A stretch of DNA of 64,000 nucleotides from positions 78,247 through 142,246 of the forward strand of contig NIVC01001217.1 of the NCBI GenBank assembly GCA_002269645.1, read 5' to 3'. Position 1 is the first letter of the stretch. Every line of letters starts with the position of its first letter. A model generated the notes under the pieces. The model worked only from the letters and a program-made list of their open reading frames with translations. It made no database searches and was not told the DNA's origin. Made by a program: the position numbers and the translations under genes. Shown here piece after piece: positions 1 through 14,100 of this stretch. Origin of the DNA: Macrostomum lignano (lineage: Eukaryota).

Positions 1-659
1 ATTGCACTAACAAAGGTGAATAGAAACTTTTTCATCCAGGATCCCAGGATTGGCAAAACTCGGTATTCTGTATTCCCTAGCGGCATCCTGTTTCTAAGGC
101 AATTTTTGCTGTACTATTTCCTTTCTTTTAGCCATATGTTGTCGGGGCAGCATGGTTTCATGTTTATGTCATTATTTTTTTTTTCGTTTTATCTCACAGT
201 CTCCTGTTTTGCTATGTAGAACGAGAGTTTTGATTCTGGACAAAAAGTTATTGTAGAAATATACTCATATTTTTTTCTCAGACATCAGCTGACACGTAGA
301 TAGGTTGGCTTACATTTTTAGTCAAGTTTTTAGCCAAAATCGCACGATTCTTTTTACGAGTAATGCCTTAGATTTCAATCTCCTTGAGTTTCTTACTAAC
401 AAAGAATTCAACTTTCTAAATGTGCGAGATTTTTCAAATGCGACAATATTTGCTACAAAGAAGCTACAGTGGGAAAAACAAAAAAAGACAAAATTCATGA
501 CTTTTAAATATCATTTACGTCCGTTTGATACTATCAATGAGCAGATGTACTCGTAAGTGATATTAAAAAGCTATTTTTTCCGAAGGACAATAAATAAATG
601 CAATTCCAATGTCAAACGAGACGAAAAGACTGTCGTTAAAATTTCTTGCAGCTTCTACG

Positions 660-660
<1 letters not shown>

Positions 661-730
<70 letters not shown>

Positions 731-731
731 T

Positions 732-817
<86 letters not shown>

Positions 818-830
818 GATAGATAGATAT

Positions 831-865
<35 letters not shown>

Positions 866-878
866 TAGATAGATAGAT

Positions 879-950
<72 letters not shown>

Positions 951-1030
951 ATATATAAATAGATATATAGATAAATAGATAGACAGATAGACATAGATTG
1001 ATACATACATGGATAGATAGATGGATACTT
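661..1030. repeat. (AGAT)n microsatellite
   Basis: Direct reading. Confidence 0.95.
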
Positions 1031-1744
1031 GTAGATAGATGAAAGCCTGAGGGTCCTGAAGAAAGCCGTATTTAAGACAGCAAATTTGCGTGACACTTTT
1101 GAGAACAGGAAATATCACAGCCATGGGCTTCCTTGCAGAAGAAATTTAGCTTCCATTATCTCAGATAAAAAACAACTGCTTTCTACCCCACAGCGCCCAA
1201 GGATTAAGAGGCGATATTTGAATTTAGACACACTTAGCAGACACAAGCGAATATTAATTGAAAGCCTTTGCAAATCTATTGACTATTTATTTAGATAGGC
1301 GACAAGAAAAAGATGATTCATTCAAAGGAGTAAAAACTGCAGGATGAGAAATGCTATTAAGGAGAAAATTCAAGCCAAGGAGAGCTAGTCATTAGCCATC
1401 TGGAATCGGCAACTCCGCCCAAATCAGCAGAATGAGTTGATTACTTTTAATCCAGATCCTATATCCAATTGATCTCCTGATCTTGATAATGATAGCAAAT
1501 CACTAGGGGGTGGCAAAAGCGCCGGGCATTATGAGACCTGCGGGCATCGTCTTAGACAGGTAGGGGTGGCTGATGTACTCCGGGAGTCAGCACTAGCTAA
1601 TAATCAAGCCAATGTGCAGATTTAGTTGTTAAAAATGAAGAAATGCCTGCGACTGAAGGGACAGGGAACTGTTCCTGGGGTAAGAGTTTTGGGGAGCAGA
1701 TAGGATCAATGCTTGAGCAGAGTCAATTCTCATGCATATTAGTT

Positions 1745-1778
1745 ATCTATCATCTATCTATCATCTATCATCTATCTT

Positions 1779-1821
<43 letters not shown>

Positions 1822-1869
1822 ATCTATCTTTCTATCTATATATCTATCTATCTATCTATAATCTATCGT

Positions 1870-1954
<85 letters not shown>
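1745..1954. repeat. (TCTA)n microsatellite
   Basis: Direct reading; opposite orientation to 661-1030. Confidence 0.95.
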
Positions 1955-3562
1955 AATCCCCGGGCGCAGCAGGAATATTCTTCTGGTTTAATATTTAAAG
2001 GGTTCCCGTTTCTAATTAACACAAATCTATTAAAACCCTTGCTATAGAATTTCCCTAATCTTCTTGATCCACTTTGTCCTTATTATTTGAATGCTAAAAT
2101 CGTTCTCACTTCAAAAATGGTTTTCATAGCCTTCTGTATGTCTACTTCAAATTTTTTTTAATTATGTTCTTCTAGTGATCACAGACTGACAGGAAGGTAA
2201 GGTCGAAAAATAGAAAATTGAGCTTAATCACTTCAAAACGGTGCAGTCCGTTAAGCAACACGCCGTTTTGAATTTTGAATCAATTCTCTAACTGGTTAAA
2301 AGAGTAAATGCGTTTAGCTGTTCCGATGTTTCCTTGGAACTTTAAGATAATAATTTTTAGTATATGGATTCCTGGTTGATCCATATTGGCTCCACTTTTT
2401 TGGCCGTCCCGGATGTGTCACCTCCTTGTTGAACGATTCTTTGTGTGCTTTGGCCGAGCCGTTCGCGCAGCCAAGGAGACCTATGGAACCAAAACCTGGA
2501 GTAAGCCAACCTTCCCTTATAAACCCTTTATTTAGACAACTTTAGGCTGAATTCAGTATTTCGGTTTACATAATTTGTTTCATAGCTTCAATTTGTTTGA
2601 ACGGATCTTTCGTAAACTTGGTCTCATTTTGAAGCTTAAAAATTGGAAGCAAACAAAGAAAATCTTGATAATCCTTCTAAACAGAACTGTGTCAGCCTAA
2701 AGTCTGAAATTAGGCTAAGGGTGTTTAGGCAAGAGCTTCTACTCCAGACCGTGGTTCTGGGTCTCCTTGGCGAAGCGATGACTGATGCGAGATGATTATT
2801 CGAGGGGTTCGAGGGGACACGGCTGGAATCTGCGGTCGGTAACTGGTATTTTTGTGGGCCCGAAACGATTTGCAAAAGCGAAGAAAAGCTGGGGATCCCT
2901 GAAAAGCCGATACCACATTCGAAAATGGGTTTGCGGCCTGCGACATGGAGCTCTAGGATTAGCCGTCTGGAGTAAATTCAAACGGGGGGGGGTTCACAAG
3001 ACCTAAATTTCACAGAGCCTTAAAGTTAAACATCCACTTTCATCATAGCACCTAAACTTAATCGAAGTGATTAAGGAGGCTTCCCTGATGCAGGTCATAA
3101 ACTAAAGAAACTCACGCTCCAGATGTTCTTTTTAGAGTACTCCTTGGCCTTTAACGTGTGAATCAATGACTCACCCGATTTGGGAAAAGGACAGAAAAAT
3201 ATTGAAGGAGTCAGGAAAAAGGGAAAGCTGCACAAAAAAGTCGTGCTAAGCAATAGGAATATAAGATGCCACTAATGTTCTTCATGGTGGTTTGACGGAA
3301 CTTCAGTATTCGCTGACAAAAGTTCAAGTGTGAGAAGTATTCTTGCTTTCTGTACAAGCCTATATTAAAGCATTGTCCTTCAACCTATGTGCCTGTGTGA
3401 TCGCCTCTCAGTATTTATTATTGTATTCGTTTCTTAGTGTACGCGCACGTGACGCTCGCCCCGCCTCAAGCGTCAAGCCTTCTCGTTTCGTGCATAGCAC
3501 GTTATACGCGATGAAACGCCTCCCCCCGCAAATCTATGTGTACTTGCACGTTTCTCTCACAT

Positions 3563-3678
3563 CATCTATCTATCTGTCTGTCTATCTGTCTATCTATCTA
3601 TCTATCTGTCTATCTATCATCTATCTATCTATCTATCTATCTGTCTGTGTCTGTCCGTCTGTCTGTCTGTCTGTCTAT
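3563..3678. repeat. (TCTA/TCTG)n microsatellite
   Basis: Direct reading. Confidence 0.9.
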
Positions 3679-3817
3679 TTTATATCTACCCTCACGCATG
3701 GGCTAGTAAAGGCAGCAAGCGGGGGGAGATCCTAAGGATGATTTATATTTAAATATAAAGGTTCCCTATATACCAGTACAAAAGAGTGCATAAATATTCA
3801 CACGTAGGCAGTAGGCT

Positions 3818-4006
3818 GCGGGCACCCTCACGCAACACCTTTGGCGACACCGTCCCACACCCATCGCTGAGGCACATTCCGCTGACTCCTGGGCACATGC
3901 AAGCGCGACAATACTGTACGCAGACACGCACTCACACTCGCTCACACAGGGTGCACAGCGGCCCTGGTGTTCTAATAGTCAGGCATGCACACTGTCTTGG
4001 GGTTGG
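3818..4006 (-). mobile_element. Diverged partial copy of the body of the 27480-27862 dispersed repeat
   Basis: Colinear shared blocks: GCACCCT, GCGACA, CACATTCCGC/CCCATTCCGC, CAAGCGCG, TACGCAG, CTCACACAGG, CACAGCGGCCCT/TACAGCGGCCCT, AGGCATG.ACAC, GGTTGG. Confidence 0.55.
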
Positions 4007-4161
4007 AAATTTTCGAGCACAAGCACCAAATGAATGTTTGCGCACGGCTGCCCCCCTCAACTTGTCGATGAATCTTTCTGTAAAGTGACCCGCAATCTCT
4101 GTGTCATCATTATGTCTGTCATAAGCGTCACCGCTAGTCTGTATTAAACCTTAATCCGCAG

Positions 4162-7100
4162 GACGCCCCGCCGCGCAAAGGCTTCGTTCGCGGCATCTCC
4201 TTCATCACTGGCTACTGGCTGATCTCTACTGGGGTCAAGTCCTGCCACCTCACCTACGTGGCCCAGTGCGATCCCAGGGGTGAGTCTTTGGCAGTTGCAA
4301 ATTCTTTGATTCCATTTAAACGCTTTAGTTTAGATTGATCGCTAGTTTTAAGGGCATTAAGTGCCCTGGAGTCCTAGACTGCCATTGTAGCTCCATGGAC
4401 TGCCATTGTAGCTCCATGGACTGCCATTGTAGCTCAATGTACTGCCATTGTAGCTCCTTGTACTGCCATTGTAGCTCCATGGACTACCATTGTAGCTCCA
4501 TGGACTGCCATTGTAGCTCAATGTACTGCCATTGTAGCTCCATGGACTGCCATTGTAGCTCCATGGACTGCCATTGTAACTCAATGTACTGCCATTGTAG
4601 CTCCTTGTACTGCCATTGTAGCTCCATGGACTACCATTGTAGCTCCATGGACTGCCATTTTAGCTCCATGGACTGCCATTGTAGCTCCATGGACTACCAT
4701 TGTAGCTCCATGGACTGCCATTGTAGCTCCATGTACTGCCATTGTAGCTCCATGTACTGTCATTGTAGCTCCATGGACTACCATTGTAGCTCCATGTGCT
4801 GCCATTGTAGCTCCATGGACTGCCATTTTAGCTCCATGTACTGCCATTGTAGCTCAATGTACTGCCATTGTAGCTCCATGTACTGCCATTGTAGCTCCAT
4901 GGACTGCCATTTTTAGCTCCATGGACTGCCATTGTAGCTCCATGTACTGCCATTGTAGCTCAATGTACTGCCATTGTAGCTCCATGTACTGCCATTGTAG
5001 CTCCATGGACTGCCATTGTAGCTCCATGGACTGCCATTGTAGCTCCATGGACTACCATTGTAGCTCCATGTGCTGCCATTGTAGCTCCATGGACTGCCAT
5101 TGTAGCTCCATGTGCTGCCATTGTAGCTCCATGGACTGCCATTTTTAGCTCCATGTACTGCCATTGTAGCTCAATGTACTGCCATTGTAGCTCCATGGAC
5201 TGCCATTGTAGCTCCATGGACTGCCATTGTAGCTCAATGTACTGCCATTGTAGCTCCTTGTATTGCCATTGTAGCTCCATGGACTGCCATTTTAGCTCCA
5301 TGTACTGCCATTGTAGCTCAATGTACTGCCATTGTAGCTCCATGGACTGCCATTGTAGCTCAATGTACTGCCATTGTAGCTCCATGTACTGCCATTGTAG
5401 CTCCATGGACTACCATTGTAGCTCCATGGACTGCCATTGTAGCTCCATGGACTGCCATTGTAGCTCCATGGACTGCCATTGTAGCTCCATGGACTGCCAT
5501 TGTAGCTCCATGGACTGCCATTGTAGCTCCATGGACTGCCATTGTAGCTCCATGGACTGCCATTGTAGCTCCATGGACTGCTATTGTAAAGTGTCGCGTG
5601 TCAATTTAATCTGTTGTTTATATAAATTCCTATAATAAGGACCCAAGACCAGACAAAGTGAGAGTGGCAGAGTCAAAAGTACAGTCTGCTGTCTACTCAG
5701 CATCTGTTAAGTGTCAATATAATTATTTTTCAATCAAATACTAGATAGAAATGCAGCATAAAATGGTGATTATTATTTATTAGTAATACTAAAGCCTTTC
5801 TATGTTATTTAGGGCAGGTGGCAGGGCCACTTGGTTCGGTTCAATCAACAGACAAGACCACGAGTAAAATTTTATTATATTCAGCTATCTGGTTAAATGT
5901 ATACTACCGTATGTATGAATGAAGGTAAATAGGGCTCATCCCCGCCACTCCTGCTGTCATCTGTCACTTTAGCATCTTTTGATTCTTGAAATCACAGAAA
6001 TTCGTCTTTTTTGAATTGCTTTGTTCGCAATTAAGGCTTTGGAATGGGGGCGGGCGGGTGATGGCCGACTGAGGCGGCATCCCGGAATGATGGCTCCCCT
6101 CAGACAGGACACCAGATGTTTATAAGCTTGTGCGTGTGTGGCCGATGTGATCTATCGCGGGGAGAGCAGGTTAGGAGCCCCTCGTTGTTCGTTGCTCCCC
6201 TACCTTCCCTCCCTCCCCAGCTCTTGTGTTGATGGCCTATTTTGGTCAAGTGGCATTTTGTCAGAGAGTTTTACGCAGTCAGTCAGTCACAGAGACGCTA
6301 AATTTTGCTGAGCCTCAGAACTGGACTGGAAAGCCAGGTTAGGGAATTTTCATCCTCTACGAGTCGTACAATGGATTTCAAGAATGATATAGCTCTCATT
6401 CGTATAATATGCTGAGTTATAATTTGCATAAAAGCCTTTTATCGAAACCTGCCCCATCTGTCATCGAATCTCAACTGTCTCGAACAAGTCTGGAGTAGTA
6501 CTTTGCTCAACTTTTGGTCAGCTTTTGAATGTTGAACAACTTTTCTCGTAGCTTTCTGGTTAGCTTTGGACGATTGTACTATTAGCAAGTCAATGAGTCA
6601 ATGAGTGAGTCAATGAGTCAGCCAGTCAGTCAGTGAGTCAGTCAGTCAGTGAGTGAGTCAGCCAGTCAGCCAGTCAGTCAGTCAGTGAGTCAGCCAGTCA
6701 GTCAGTGAGTCAGCCAGTCAGACAGTCAAGTCAGTCAGTCAGTGAGTCAGTGAGTCAGTGAGTCAATGAGTCAGCCAGTCAGTCAGTCAGTGAGTCAGTC
6801 AGTCAGTCAGTGAGTCAGTCAGTCAGTCAGTCAGTCAGTCAGTCAGTCAGTCAGCCAGTCAGTCAGTCAGCCAGTCAGTCAGTCAGTCAGTCAGCCAGTC
6901 AGTGAGTCAGTGAGTCAGCCAGCCAGTCAGTCAGTCAGTCAGTCAGTCAGTCAGTCAGCCAGTCAGTCAGTCAGCCAGTCAGTCAGTCAGTCAGTCAGCC
7001 AGTGAGTCAGTCAGTCAGTCAGTCAGTCAGTCAGTCAGTCAGTCAGACAGTCAGTGAGTCAGTCAGTCAGTCAGTCAGTCAGTCAGACAGTCAGTGAGTC

Positions 7101-8164
7101 AGTGAGTCAGTCAGTCAGTCAGTGAGTCAGTCAGTCAGTCAGTCAGTCAGTCAGACAGTCAGTGAGTCAGTCAGTCAGTCAGTCAGTCAGTCAGTCAGTC
7201 AGTCAGAGAGTCAAATCAGGTCAAATCAAAGAGTCAAATCAAATCAAGTCAGTGAGTCAGTGAGTCAGTGAGTCAGTCAGTCAGTCAGTCAGTCAGTCAG
7301 TCAGTCAGACAGTCAGTGAGTCAGTCAGTCAGCCAGTCAGACAGTCAAGTCAGTCAGTCAGTGAGTCAGTGAGTCAGTGAGTCAATGAGTCAGCCAGTCA
7401 GTCAGTCAGTGAGTCAGTCAGTCAGTCAGTGAGTCAGTCAGTCAGTCAGTCAGTCAGTCAGTCAGTCAGCCAGTGAGTCAGTCAGTCAGCCAGTCAGTCA
7501 GTCAGCCAGTCAGTCAGTCAGTCAGTCAGCCAGTCAGTGAGTCAGTGAGTCAGCCAGCCAGTCAGTCAGTCAGTCAGTCAGTCAGTCAGTCAGCCAGTCA
7601 GTCAGTCAGCCAGTCAGTCAGTCAGTCAGTCAGCCAGTGAGTCAGTCAGTCAGTCAGTCAGTCAGTCAGTCAGTCAGTCAGTCAGTCAGTCAGTGAGTCA
7701 GTCAGTCAGTCAGTCAGCCAGTCAGTCAGTCAGTCAGTCAGTCAGTGAGTCAGTCAGTCAGTCAGCCAGCCAGTCAGTCAGTCAGTCAGTCAGTCAGACA
7801 GTCAGTGAGTCAGTGAGTCAGCCAGTCAGTCAGTCAGTCAGTCAGTCAGTCAGCCAACCCGCTCCCCACAGGCAAGCTGCCAGCGTGGGTGGTGAACAAG
7901 GCTTCAACGCTGGTGGCACCCCGAGTGGCTCGCGGGCTGCACAAGGCTGCATTGAAATACGACGCCTGGAAGTCGAAGAACCGACCAGACTGGAAGCCGT
8001 GGCTCAATCCTCAGCAAATCGAGGTGCCCAGACTGCGACCAGAGGACGTGCTCCGCTCGCCGGATGTTGAGCTGGGCTCGGCCATAGACGAGACCGGGCT
8101 GCAGGAGAGCGAATGCTCCACGGGCACCTACGAGGCGCCTGACGAGGCGACGGCAACCGCCTAA
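4162..8164 (+). CDS. STARD10: START-domain lipid transfer protein (STARD10/PCTP-like), 3' two coding exons: join(4162..4279,7872..8164); upstream exons not found in the window
   Basis: Exon 4162-4279 (cgcag|...G|gtgagt) reads [39 protein letters not shown]. It joins in phase 1 to 7872 (cacag|GC): [49 protein letters not shown]...stop 8164. This matches the STARD10 C-terminal pattern PPRK..VRAVS..TGY...SC.ITY.AQ.DPKG.LPKWVVNK...KPWL.PEQ. Confidence 0.85.
4378..5588. repeat. 21-bp minisatellite GACTGCCATTGTAGCTCCATG, STARD10 intron
   Basis: Tandem units with point variants. Confidence 0.95.
6593..7853. repeat. (CAGT)n microsatellite ending just before the STARD10 last-exon acceptor
   Basis: Direct reading. 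Confidence 0.95.
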
Positions 8165-8299
8165 ATCCAATTTTTAATCCCTGAACAAGCACTGCTCAGA
8201 GTTGACAGTTTTGTGACAGCGTCTGATGCTCTTTCTGTGGTTTTACGCTGCTGAATATTTTGTTAGATTTTTTTTCGGTGACCCAGCCACTCCATTGTC

Positions 8300-8925
8300 C
8301 CCCCAGTTCCTTGACTGACCCCTGACCCCGCCACTCCATACTCCCCCAGTTCCTTGAGTGACCCCTGACCCCACCACTCCATACTCCCCCAGTTTCTTGA
8401 GTGACCCCTGACCCCGCCACTCCATACTCCCCCAGTTTCTTGAGTGACCCCTGACCCCACCACTCCATACTCCCCAGTTCCTTGAGTGACCCCTGACCCC
8501 ACCACTCCATACTCCCCCAGTTTCTTGAGTGACCCCTGACCCCACCACTCCATTCTCCCTAGTTCCTTAAGTGACCCCAGTTCCTTAAGTGACCCCTGAC
8601 CCCGCCACTCCATTCTCCTTAGTTCCTTAAGTGACCCCTGACCCCGCCACTCCATTCTCCTTAGTTCCTTAAGTGACCCCTGACCCCACCACTCCATTCT
8701 CCTTAGTTCCTTAAGTGACCCCTGACCCCACCACTCCATTCTCCTTAGTTCCTTAAGTGACCCCTGACCCCACCACTCCATTCTCCTTAGTTCCTTAAGT
8801 GACCCCTGACCCCACCACTCCATTCTCCTTAGTTCCTTAAGTGACCCCTGACCCCACCACTCCATTCTCCTTAGTTCCTTAAGTGACCCCAGTTCCTTAA
8901 GTGACCCCTGACCCCGCCACTCCAC
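8300..8925. repeat. 42-bp minisatellite GTGACCCCTGACCCCACCACTCCATTCTCCTTAGTTCCTTAA
   Basis: Tandem units downstream of the STARD10 stop. Confidence 0.92.
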
Positions 8926-9849
8926 ATTCTCCCACAGTTTCTTCCTGCAGCAGATATCGAACAGGCACATATTACAGCGTATTATGCTGGCTGTTTGCCT
9001 CTGTGATAAAAACGTATTACTTATTGCAAGAACATTTAAAGTTCGCCATCACAGTCATTGGTGAATGGCTGACTCTACCTTTTTCATTTCTGAGCCTTGC
9101 CAACTGGAATCTGTTGTGATCGCAATTCACCGTTTATTACCCGCGGTTTTGGAAACAAAGAAGCCGTCTTTTTGTCTTGTTTATTCGCGTCACAAAACTT
9201 GTGTTTAAGCGTCGCCCGACTAATGTACTTTTTCGCGGCCCGCTAGCACTTCCAATTAGTCATTGTTGTTGTTTGTTGATTTTCATTACATGCCTCTGCA
9301 GCTTTATTAACATTCGATAAGCTGTGACAGCTGTACCAAATATTGTTGTTTTAACGAACACAATTTTTAATTGCCATTCCATATTATGCTGAACTTGTAT
9401 TAGAACCTGATTACTGTTAAATCAAGTGTTTTTCTAGGCACGTTGGTTCTTTTGGCTTGCACTTCTGCTTTTTTGATCTGCTGGATGTTGTTATTCCCTT
9501 GGCACTTTAATCTCTGTTGGTTGTAGCGGAGCGATTGCGCATTACCGAACTTTTGCTTTACTGATTATTGATAAATATACACACGTGTTGGATATTATTA
9601 GGGACACTTTGACTTAAGGTCTGACTTGCCCTTCTTATACCGACAGTTTTGTGGCGTGTCTTGCGCAGAAATGCATTCTGATCGACTTTTGCCTGCGTCA
9701 TTTTGCGGCAGCTGCAATGTCCGTTTTAGTTTTTTGGCACACTAGACACGGTTTAAAAGCCGCCTTTCAACTCTGGATAGCCTTGAGAACGTGTCCAGAC
9801 ACTTTGTGAATCCTCTTTGGACAATTTAGGAACTGCCCAGGACACACTG

Positions 9850-10370
9850 AAATCCTATCTGGACATCCTTTAGCCCGGTCTGGACACCCCTTTAATCCCG
9901 GTCTGGACACCCTTAAAGCCCGGTCTGGACACCCCTTAAAGCCCGGTCTGGGCAACCCTAAAATTCTAGTCTGGACACCCCTTTAATCCCGGTCTGGACA
10001 TCCTTTAAATCCCGGTCTGGACACCCCTTTAAGCCCGGTTTGGGCAACCCTTTAATCCCGGTCTGGACACCCCTTTAATTCCGGTCTGGACACCCCTTTA
10101 ATCCCGGTCTGGACACCCCTAAAATTCCGGTCTGGACACCCCTGTAATCCCGGTCTGGACACCCCTTTAATCCCGGTCTGGACATCCTTTAAATCCCGGT
10201 CTGGACACCCCTTTAAGCCCGGTTTGGGCAACCCTTTAATCCCGGTCTGGACACCCCTTTAATTCCGGTCTGGACACCCCTTTAATCCCGGTCTGGACAC
10301 CCCTAAAATTCCGGTCTGGACACCCCTGTAATCCCGGTCTGGACACCCCTTTAATCCCGGTCTGGACAAC
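9850..10370. repeat. 23-24-bp minisatellite GGTCTGGACACCCCTTTAATCCC
   Basis: Tandem units upstream of EGFR. Confidence 0.92.
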
Positions 10371-11118
10371 CATTAACGCTAGCTTATTCTGCTGGCAATT
10401 TGCATGAGCATTCCAACGCAGCGAAGGCGAACGGAAACAAGACCCAAAGTGCGTGTAGCTACACTGGCTTTCTTAATACCCGATCTCCCAGGCATGTTTG
10501 CACGCCATGGCCTGTGTTTTTGTATAAGGCATTCCTTAACTGTAAACGAATTAGAAGCTGCATAATATTGCCACTTTCTATTCTATATTTCTTATCCAGT
10601 TTAATAGGGACCCAATGCAGTCGAATGCGACTGGTCACTGGACCCGTGTGAAAATTCATGAACTCCAGGTCTTTCACAGTGTTTCACTTCAGTTCGCGTC
10701 TTGCTTGTTCCGTGAGGGGGGGTGAGGGGCCCTCTTTCTTCACCGCAAGTCAACCCCCCTCCCCAAGAGTCCCGGCCGCTCATTCGCTGATTCACCCCCT
10801 CCCCCATCTGCTTGAATCCCGATCTCCGAATTCGGCAATGTACAGTCATGGAGGCCCAGGAACAGATTCTGGAGTCGCAACAGTTCCTTCTCTGATCTGA
10901 AACTTGAAAAGAAAATTAGTTGTCTGAAAAAAGAGCTGTCACTCCAAGGCTCTGGTTCATGCGTACAGGGCAGCCCACCTCCTCTCTCTCCCCAGTCGTC
11001 CCTCCTCTTGCTAGCGCAATAAAAGGCATCGGGGCTTTGAATTTGCTGCGAATCCTATCTCGAACGAAGAAAGTTATCTTGTGCTGGCTTAGAAGACCGC
11101 CGTGATCGCCGCTAAATC

Positions 11119-14100
11119 ATGAGCTTAACCTCGGCGTTCCTGGGCTGCCTCATCCTGCTATCCAGCCTCACCTTGGACGCCACGGCCAACCTGAACTCGA
11201 CTCCAGCCGTCTGCCAGGGCACGCATCAGTCTGAGTTCACCAGAAGCAGCTCCGTGCAGATCTTGAACTCCATCCGCAGCCAGTTGGACGGCTGCCAGAT
11301 TGTGATAGGCGATTTGCACATCATGAACATCCGGGAGAAAGACTTCCAAAAAAGCAGCGCCAACTTTAGCCTGGCGTTTCTCGACTCCATCCAGGAGGTC
11401 ACCGGCTGCGTCTGGATTGTGAACAGCTGCTTCAGAGTTCCCATCATCTTCCGCGGGCTTCGGATCATCCGCGGCGCCAACTGCGACAACGCTGTCACCA
11501 TCCAGTACCTCAGCGAGTGCCGCATTCAACCCGACGCTGTCTTCAGCCGCCTGGTATTCATCGCAAACGGCGGCGTCACGGCGGTTGGACTGCGGTCCTG
11601 TCACCTGGTTCGTGACATCAACTACACCGAGCTATTCCAGAACCCCGACAGGCAGCGCCTGATTGTCCAGCCGAAGTGCTCCGGTCCCAGCGGCTGCCAC
11701 TCGGACTGTCCGGTGTGGCGGGACGGCCATCGCCACTGCTGGGGCCCCGGGCCAGACCACTGCCAGGAGCGCAGTCGCTGTTCCACACTGACCGCCAAGC
11801 AGTGCCCCGGAGGCCGCTGCTACCTGGACGGCCAGGACTCTATGACAATGCCCGAGCGCTGCTGTGCCGAGCAGTGCCTTGGCGGCTGTCACGGAACCGC
11901 CGCCAGCCACTGCATCGCCTGCGCTAGCTTCAACAAGTCGGGCGTCTGCGTCGGCGCCTGCAACCCAAGCGCCGTGTACGACTCGAGCAGCGCATCCTTC
12001 ATTAAGTCGACGGAGTCCAGCAGCCTCATCCCGCTTGGCCCAGTTTGCGTCGCCAGGTGCCCGAAGACGTATTTCACTCAGGAGGGCGCCTGCGTCAGCC
12101 GCTGCTCCGAGGGCTTCGCGCCAACCAGCGACGGCGTCTGCGAGACGAACGAGGCCGGCCGGGCCTGCGAGCAGCGGAAAGGTTCGGCCATTGTATGCGA
12201 CTTGGCCAACCCGCTGCTGGCCGGCGGCCGCAACTCCAGCCTGCTCTGCTCGCACTACACTGGCGAACTGGCAATCTTTGACGACTGCATCGCGACTGAC
12301 GTCCAGAAATCATACCAACCCAGGCCCGGGCTCCGGCCGCTGGCCCTGGACGAGCTGTACTTCTACCTCAGCCGCCTAGCCGTCATCCGGGGCAGCATCA
12401 CCGTCGTGCTGAACAACCGGACGAACATGTCGTTCCTAAGCGGCCTCCGCCGGATTGACAAACGGCCGGGCCACCCCAATGACGGCTACATGCTCGTGCG
12501 CTCGTCCAGCCTGCGCTTCCTCGGGCTGGCCTCGCTGAAGCACCTGGCCAGCTTTTTACTGGCCCAGCCGAAGCCTCCTCTCTGTCCAAGCCTCCTGCCA
12601 ACCAGGCGCGCTTTCGATGACCGACTAGTAACGCTGCTGAATCCTAATGAGACCAGCGCCCAGTTTGACGCTGTCCGGAAGAGCAGCCTGACCGCCGACT
12701 GTCAGAGCTGTCACCCGGAGTGCGACCCCGCCTACGGCTGCTGGGGTCCCGGGCCTGACCTGTGCATCCGCTGCCGGCGTCACCGACTGCCAATCGACGG
12801 GTCCGGCGGCCGCGGAATCTGCGTGTCCGACTGCGACGGCATCGACGGCTGGTACAACGCTGGCAAAGTTGAGGCGGTCGGCCTGCAGGTGAACGAGAGC
12901 CTCTGCAGCCGCTGTCACCCGCTGTGCAGCAGCTGCACTGGCAACAGCCAGCAGGACTGCACCAAATGCGCCCCGGAGGCCTTTGCCGAGGCCGACACCG
13001 GCGCCTGCGTGCCGGCTTGCTCGAACATCCGTCAGTTCGCCGACGCGGATCGCGTCTGCCGACCCTGCCCAGACGCCTGCACTCCGGCTATCGGCTTCGG
13101 CCAGGAGCCCACCTGCTCCGGCAACTTGTCTGCGGTCGGGCCGGGCGGCTGCAGCTACTGCTCCAAGGTGATGGAGCCTGACGAGCGCGATGGGGAGTCC
13201 GACAGCGAGCAGGCAGTCATTCGGTGCCTGAACCCGCTGGTGGCGTGTCCTGAGGGCTACCAGCTGCGTGTGCTGGAGTTTGACGAGGCCCAGCGACATT
13301 TCGCCTGGCGTCGCCGGCGACCGCACAGCTTCGTGTCAATCTGCAAGCGCTCGGACGCCGAGGCTGAGCTCAAGAAACGCCGATCGGTCCGGGAAGCCCG
13401 ACTGGCAGTGGCCTACGTTGGCGCGGGCGTCGTCGTTGTCATCACTCTGATCCTGGGCGGCATCACCTGCCGCTGTCTGCGCCAGCGAGCCGCCGCCGCG
13501 GCGGACACGGAGAAACGACGCCAACTTGGCGAGAACGGCCATCGGCGAGTGATGATGATGGATGGCAGCTGGGACGAAGACGCCGAGCTTTTGAATGCCA
13601 ACGACGGCATCGAGGGCGTCAACAGAGGGGACGACGCCGCGGGCGGCATCGAGCTTGAAGGCATCGCCGTTCTGCGCACCATCTCAGAGAACGAGCTGAC
13701 CAGGGGCGCCGAAATCGGCTCGGGCGCCTTTGGCACCGTGTACCGCGGCGAGTGGCTTGCCGAAGCTTCGGTTGGCAACGGTCCGGTTCGTCGGCACGTC
13801 TCAGTGGCCATTAAAATCCTGGCAGACTCGAGCGACTGCGGCGGCAGCTGCCTGTCCAGCGAGCTACTCGCCGAGAGCCGCATAATGGCCTCCGTGCGGC
13901 ACCGGCACTGCCTCAGCCTGGTCGGAGTGTGCATGACTCAGCCGCCGCAGCTCATCAGCCGCTTCCTGCCGCTCGGCAACCTCCGCGACTTCCTGCGGGC
14001 CCGCCGCGGCACCGGGCAGCTCGGGAGCAGCCACCTGCTGCGCTTCGCGGCCCAGATCGCCAGCGGCATGGCCTACCTGGAGCAGCGCAGCGTCATCCAC

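Noticed and set aside
661-1954. Inverted AGAT/TCTA arrays as termini of an element
   Set aside because: This microsatellite is common in the window in both orientations; no TSD or internal coding was found.
2000-3100. Possible decayed retroelement ORF on the minus strand
   Set aside because: Coding-like composition but many stops and no recognisable RT or endonuclease motif.
4335-5635. Cys/His-rich ORFs (CHCSSMD)n resembling metallothionein
   Set aside because: Translation of a 21-bp array inside the STARD10 intron; open in several frames and on both strands.
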